64,000 nt of DNA, taken from the NCBI GenBank assembly GCA_964188305.1, contig OZ076894.1. The stretch is one strand, 5' to 3'. A program made the translations under genes and the position numbers. Below, piece by piece: positions 61,658-64,000 of this stretch (position 1 is its first letter; the number at the start of each line of letters is the position of its first letter). Under the pieces are notes generated by a model. It had not been told where the DNA came from. It saw only the letters and a program-made list of their open reading frames with translations, and ran no database searches. The stretch comes from Podarcis bocagei (taxonomy: Eukaryota).

Positions 61658-62770
61658 TACAATGTTCATCCTCACACAAGAGGGGGTATCAGCAAGCTTG
61701 AGGGCACCCCTAGGTTTGCAGAAGTACAAAAACTTGGGGGACACTAAGAGGGGGGAATGAATGTGCTCATGGTCACAGAATGTTGACTGGCTGTTGGGGC
61801 TGAGGATGTAAATGGAAAACCTGGAAGGAGGGATACAAAACAGAGTGGTTGGAATCCTGAATAGCAGCACCCCATGCCACAATGTCTTGTTGCATCTCCA
61901 CTTGTACAGTGTTCTAAATGTGAGCACACCATAGATTTATAAAAGGGCATTTTAAATCTTTTAAGGAAATGAGATACCCACTCTCCCACCACTTTGGAGT
62001 ACACTAGGCTTTGCTAAGTTACACAGATAGTCAACAATCCCTTCTAGTAAAGCTATTTGCCTTCACCATTTCCCCCTCAGAAGAAGTGGGTGGGTTTTAC
62101 AAAGCATCACTAGAAACCTGCTACTGAGACCATTGCATTTCCCCATTCAGTCCTCAAGCTTTGGCAGGAACTGCTTGTCAATAGGAAGACAGACTATAGA
62201 CAATGGTTATTGTGACCTTTAACCGCATACCTCAATGGAACTGAGCAACTATTTTCCTCAGATCTGATCACGCCTCCACAAAGCTCCATGATGCTTTATA
62301 AGCACAAGGTGAAATCCAGCCTCTGTCAAGGTGAATGGCAATAAGCCCATTGGCTTCAAAGGAGTCAGAAGAAAACCATGCAATATTTTACAGATCTGGG
62401 TTCATGCCAGCAGGATATACTATTCTCAAGAATGAGAAGGCATGAATCTCTCTTTATGAATGAGACTGATGGTTGACTGAGCTAAAGGATTACTGTAAAA
62501 GTTACTGTAGAATTGTAGCTAAGAAACTAAGCCGTGATCTGATAAGTCACTTGTTTAATCTCTTCTCTTCCAGGAAGACATTGAGTGGTTTTAATCAGTA
62601 TCTTCCCAACCTGCAATTCAGGGACAATAACACTGCCCTACCTAACAGGGTTGTTGTTCGGATTGCTGAATAACAATGTAAACATGATTTTTTAATTTAA
62701 TTTAAAAAATCTAATTCTGATGTCAGATCACTGTAAAAATCGGTCTTAGTTTTCATTTGTTAGGATATAT

Positions 62771-62888
62771 CAGCCTTTGCCAATCTTGCATCCTTCAGTT
62801 GTTTCGGACTACAGTTCCCATCAGTCTTAACCAGTGCTGGGAGTTGTAGTCTAAAACATCTGGCAGGCACCCGTCTGGCAAAGGATTG
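62771..62888. mobile_element. Palindromic hAT-type MITE
   Basis: cagcctttgcca / tggcaaaggattg termini and gactacagttccca / tgggagttgtagtc core. Confidence 0.7.
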
Positions 62889-63579
62889 GCTATACCAACC
62901 AGGTTCAAAATTCTGGAAGACATGTGTGTCAGGCACTTAATATAAAAGACATGAGTCAAAACTGACAGACTCCAGTAAAGTCTCCTAGGAGTGAGGTATT
63001 GCCAAGATTTTTCTGGCTCGGAACCATGGAGTTGCTCATCTATTTAGCAAAGGGAAGATATCTTCTAAACATGGTTTCTGCTTTCAATTGCATTGTGCAG
63101 CATAAATCATTATTTCATTCTTCCAAATGCCAGTATCTGTTTGTACAGTTTATTTACAGGTGGCCATAAATAATCATCAGGACCAGTGTTTTAAATAAGA
63201 CAAAAACTTCAAATAACCTGATTAGAGACCACAAGAGAATTCTAGCATCAGACCTGAAGCGCCCAAGAATGTTAAATGCCTGGCTTTCCCCTAAACGTTT
63301 GTGAAAAATGAAATGTACAAAAAAAGGGGGGTGGGGAGACCTGGACACTTGCCACAACACCCATTATAGTGCAGTCTGAGGCCTTGACCTCTAATGTTAT
63401 CCTTATTGTGTTTCTGACACATTTAGTCAATTAAAACGGCTGAAGTGTAATTTGTTTTTCTTAAGTTTAATACAGCATGTCAATAGAAGTTAGCCAAAAT
63501 TTATAGTAGGAACACTAAAACTGCCATGTGCACTTAAACAAATGAACCACAATTTATCATGGTTGAAATAAAAATGAAC

Positions 63580-63810
63580 ATCACGCACACTGGACTCTAT
63601 GCTCCACATGCGCACGCGGGTTGCCAAATATAGCAAAGCATGTTGCAGCTGACACTTCCAATGGAAAAGACATTGCAGTCCGCGTTAAATATTGGCGTGA
63701 AAAATCTGGACGCCCTCCAAACCTAAGAAGTGTTAACGTTGGCACTTCCACTGTGTACTTTTACTGTAAATTGTTGCAGCGTTTATTTGACATGGAATAC
63801 CCGGTGGATT
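63580..63810. promoter_or_regulatory. Candidate promoter or enhancer (local CpG enrichment)
   Basis: 11 CpGs in about 230 bp of non-repeat DNA. NRF1-like TGCGCACGCG at 63609-63618 and ATTGG overlapping an E2F-like TTGGCGTGAAAA near 63692. Confidence 0.35.
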
Positions 63811-64000
63811 GATGACTGAAGAAAGGAAGACTTTTTATTGTACCATGTTACCTTTTTCAGTCATACATACTAAGCCTTTATGTCTTAGGAGTTTAAACAA
63901 GTCTCCACCTGTACTCAATCGGTGAAAGTTATTTTTCATGCAACTATAGTTTGCCTTTTTATAAACCCATAAAAGCACACATTTTCCATTTTATTGGCCA

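Overview
Vertebrate non-coding DNA: AT-rich, CpG-depleted, and intronic or intergenic. The repeats point to a squamate, most likely a lacertid lizard (Sauria SINEs, Squam3-type SINEs with (CTT)n tails, a Bov-B 3' end). I found no recognisable host protein-coding exon, rRNA, tRNA or CRISPR array. The listed ORFs are either chance or transposon remnants. The window is a mosaic of SINEs, LINE fragments (Bov-B, RTE, L2, CR1, L1/Tx1), hAT and Tc1/mariner MITEs, three solo LTRs with target-site duplications, a probable DIRS/Ngaro terminal repeat and a Penelope remnant, plus microsatellites and a 138-nt assembly gap. Repeat-poor tracts between these look like conserved regulatory DNA. The best leads are an acidic-then-basic peptide frame filling the first 300 bp of a solo LTR (motif echoed in a second, divergent LTR remnant), a decayed hammerhead ribozyme in the Penelope remnant, a candidate spliced 76-aa micropeptide, candidate small exons near 19.1-19.8 kb, and a candidate recursive splice site. 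Repeat family names come from recalled consensus features, not database searches. I cannot claim a wholly new biological system from this window.
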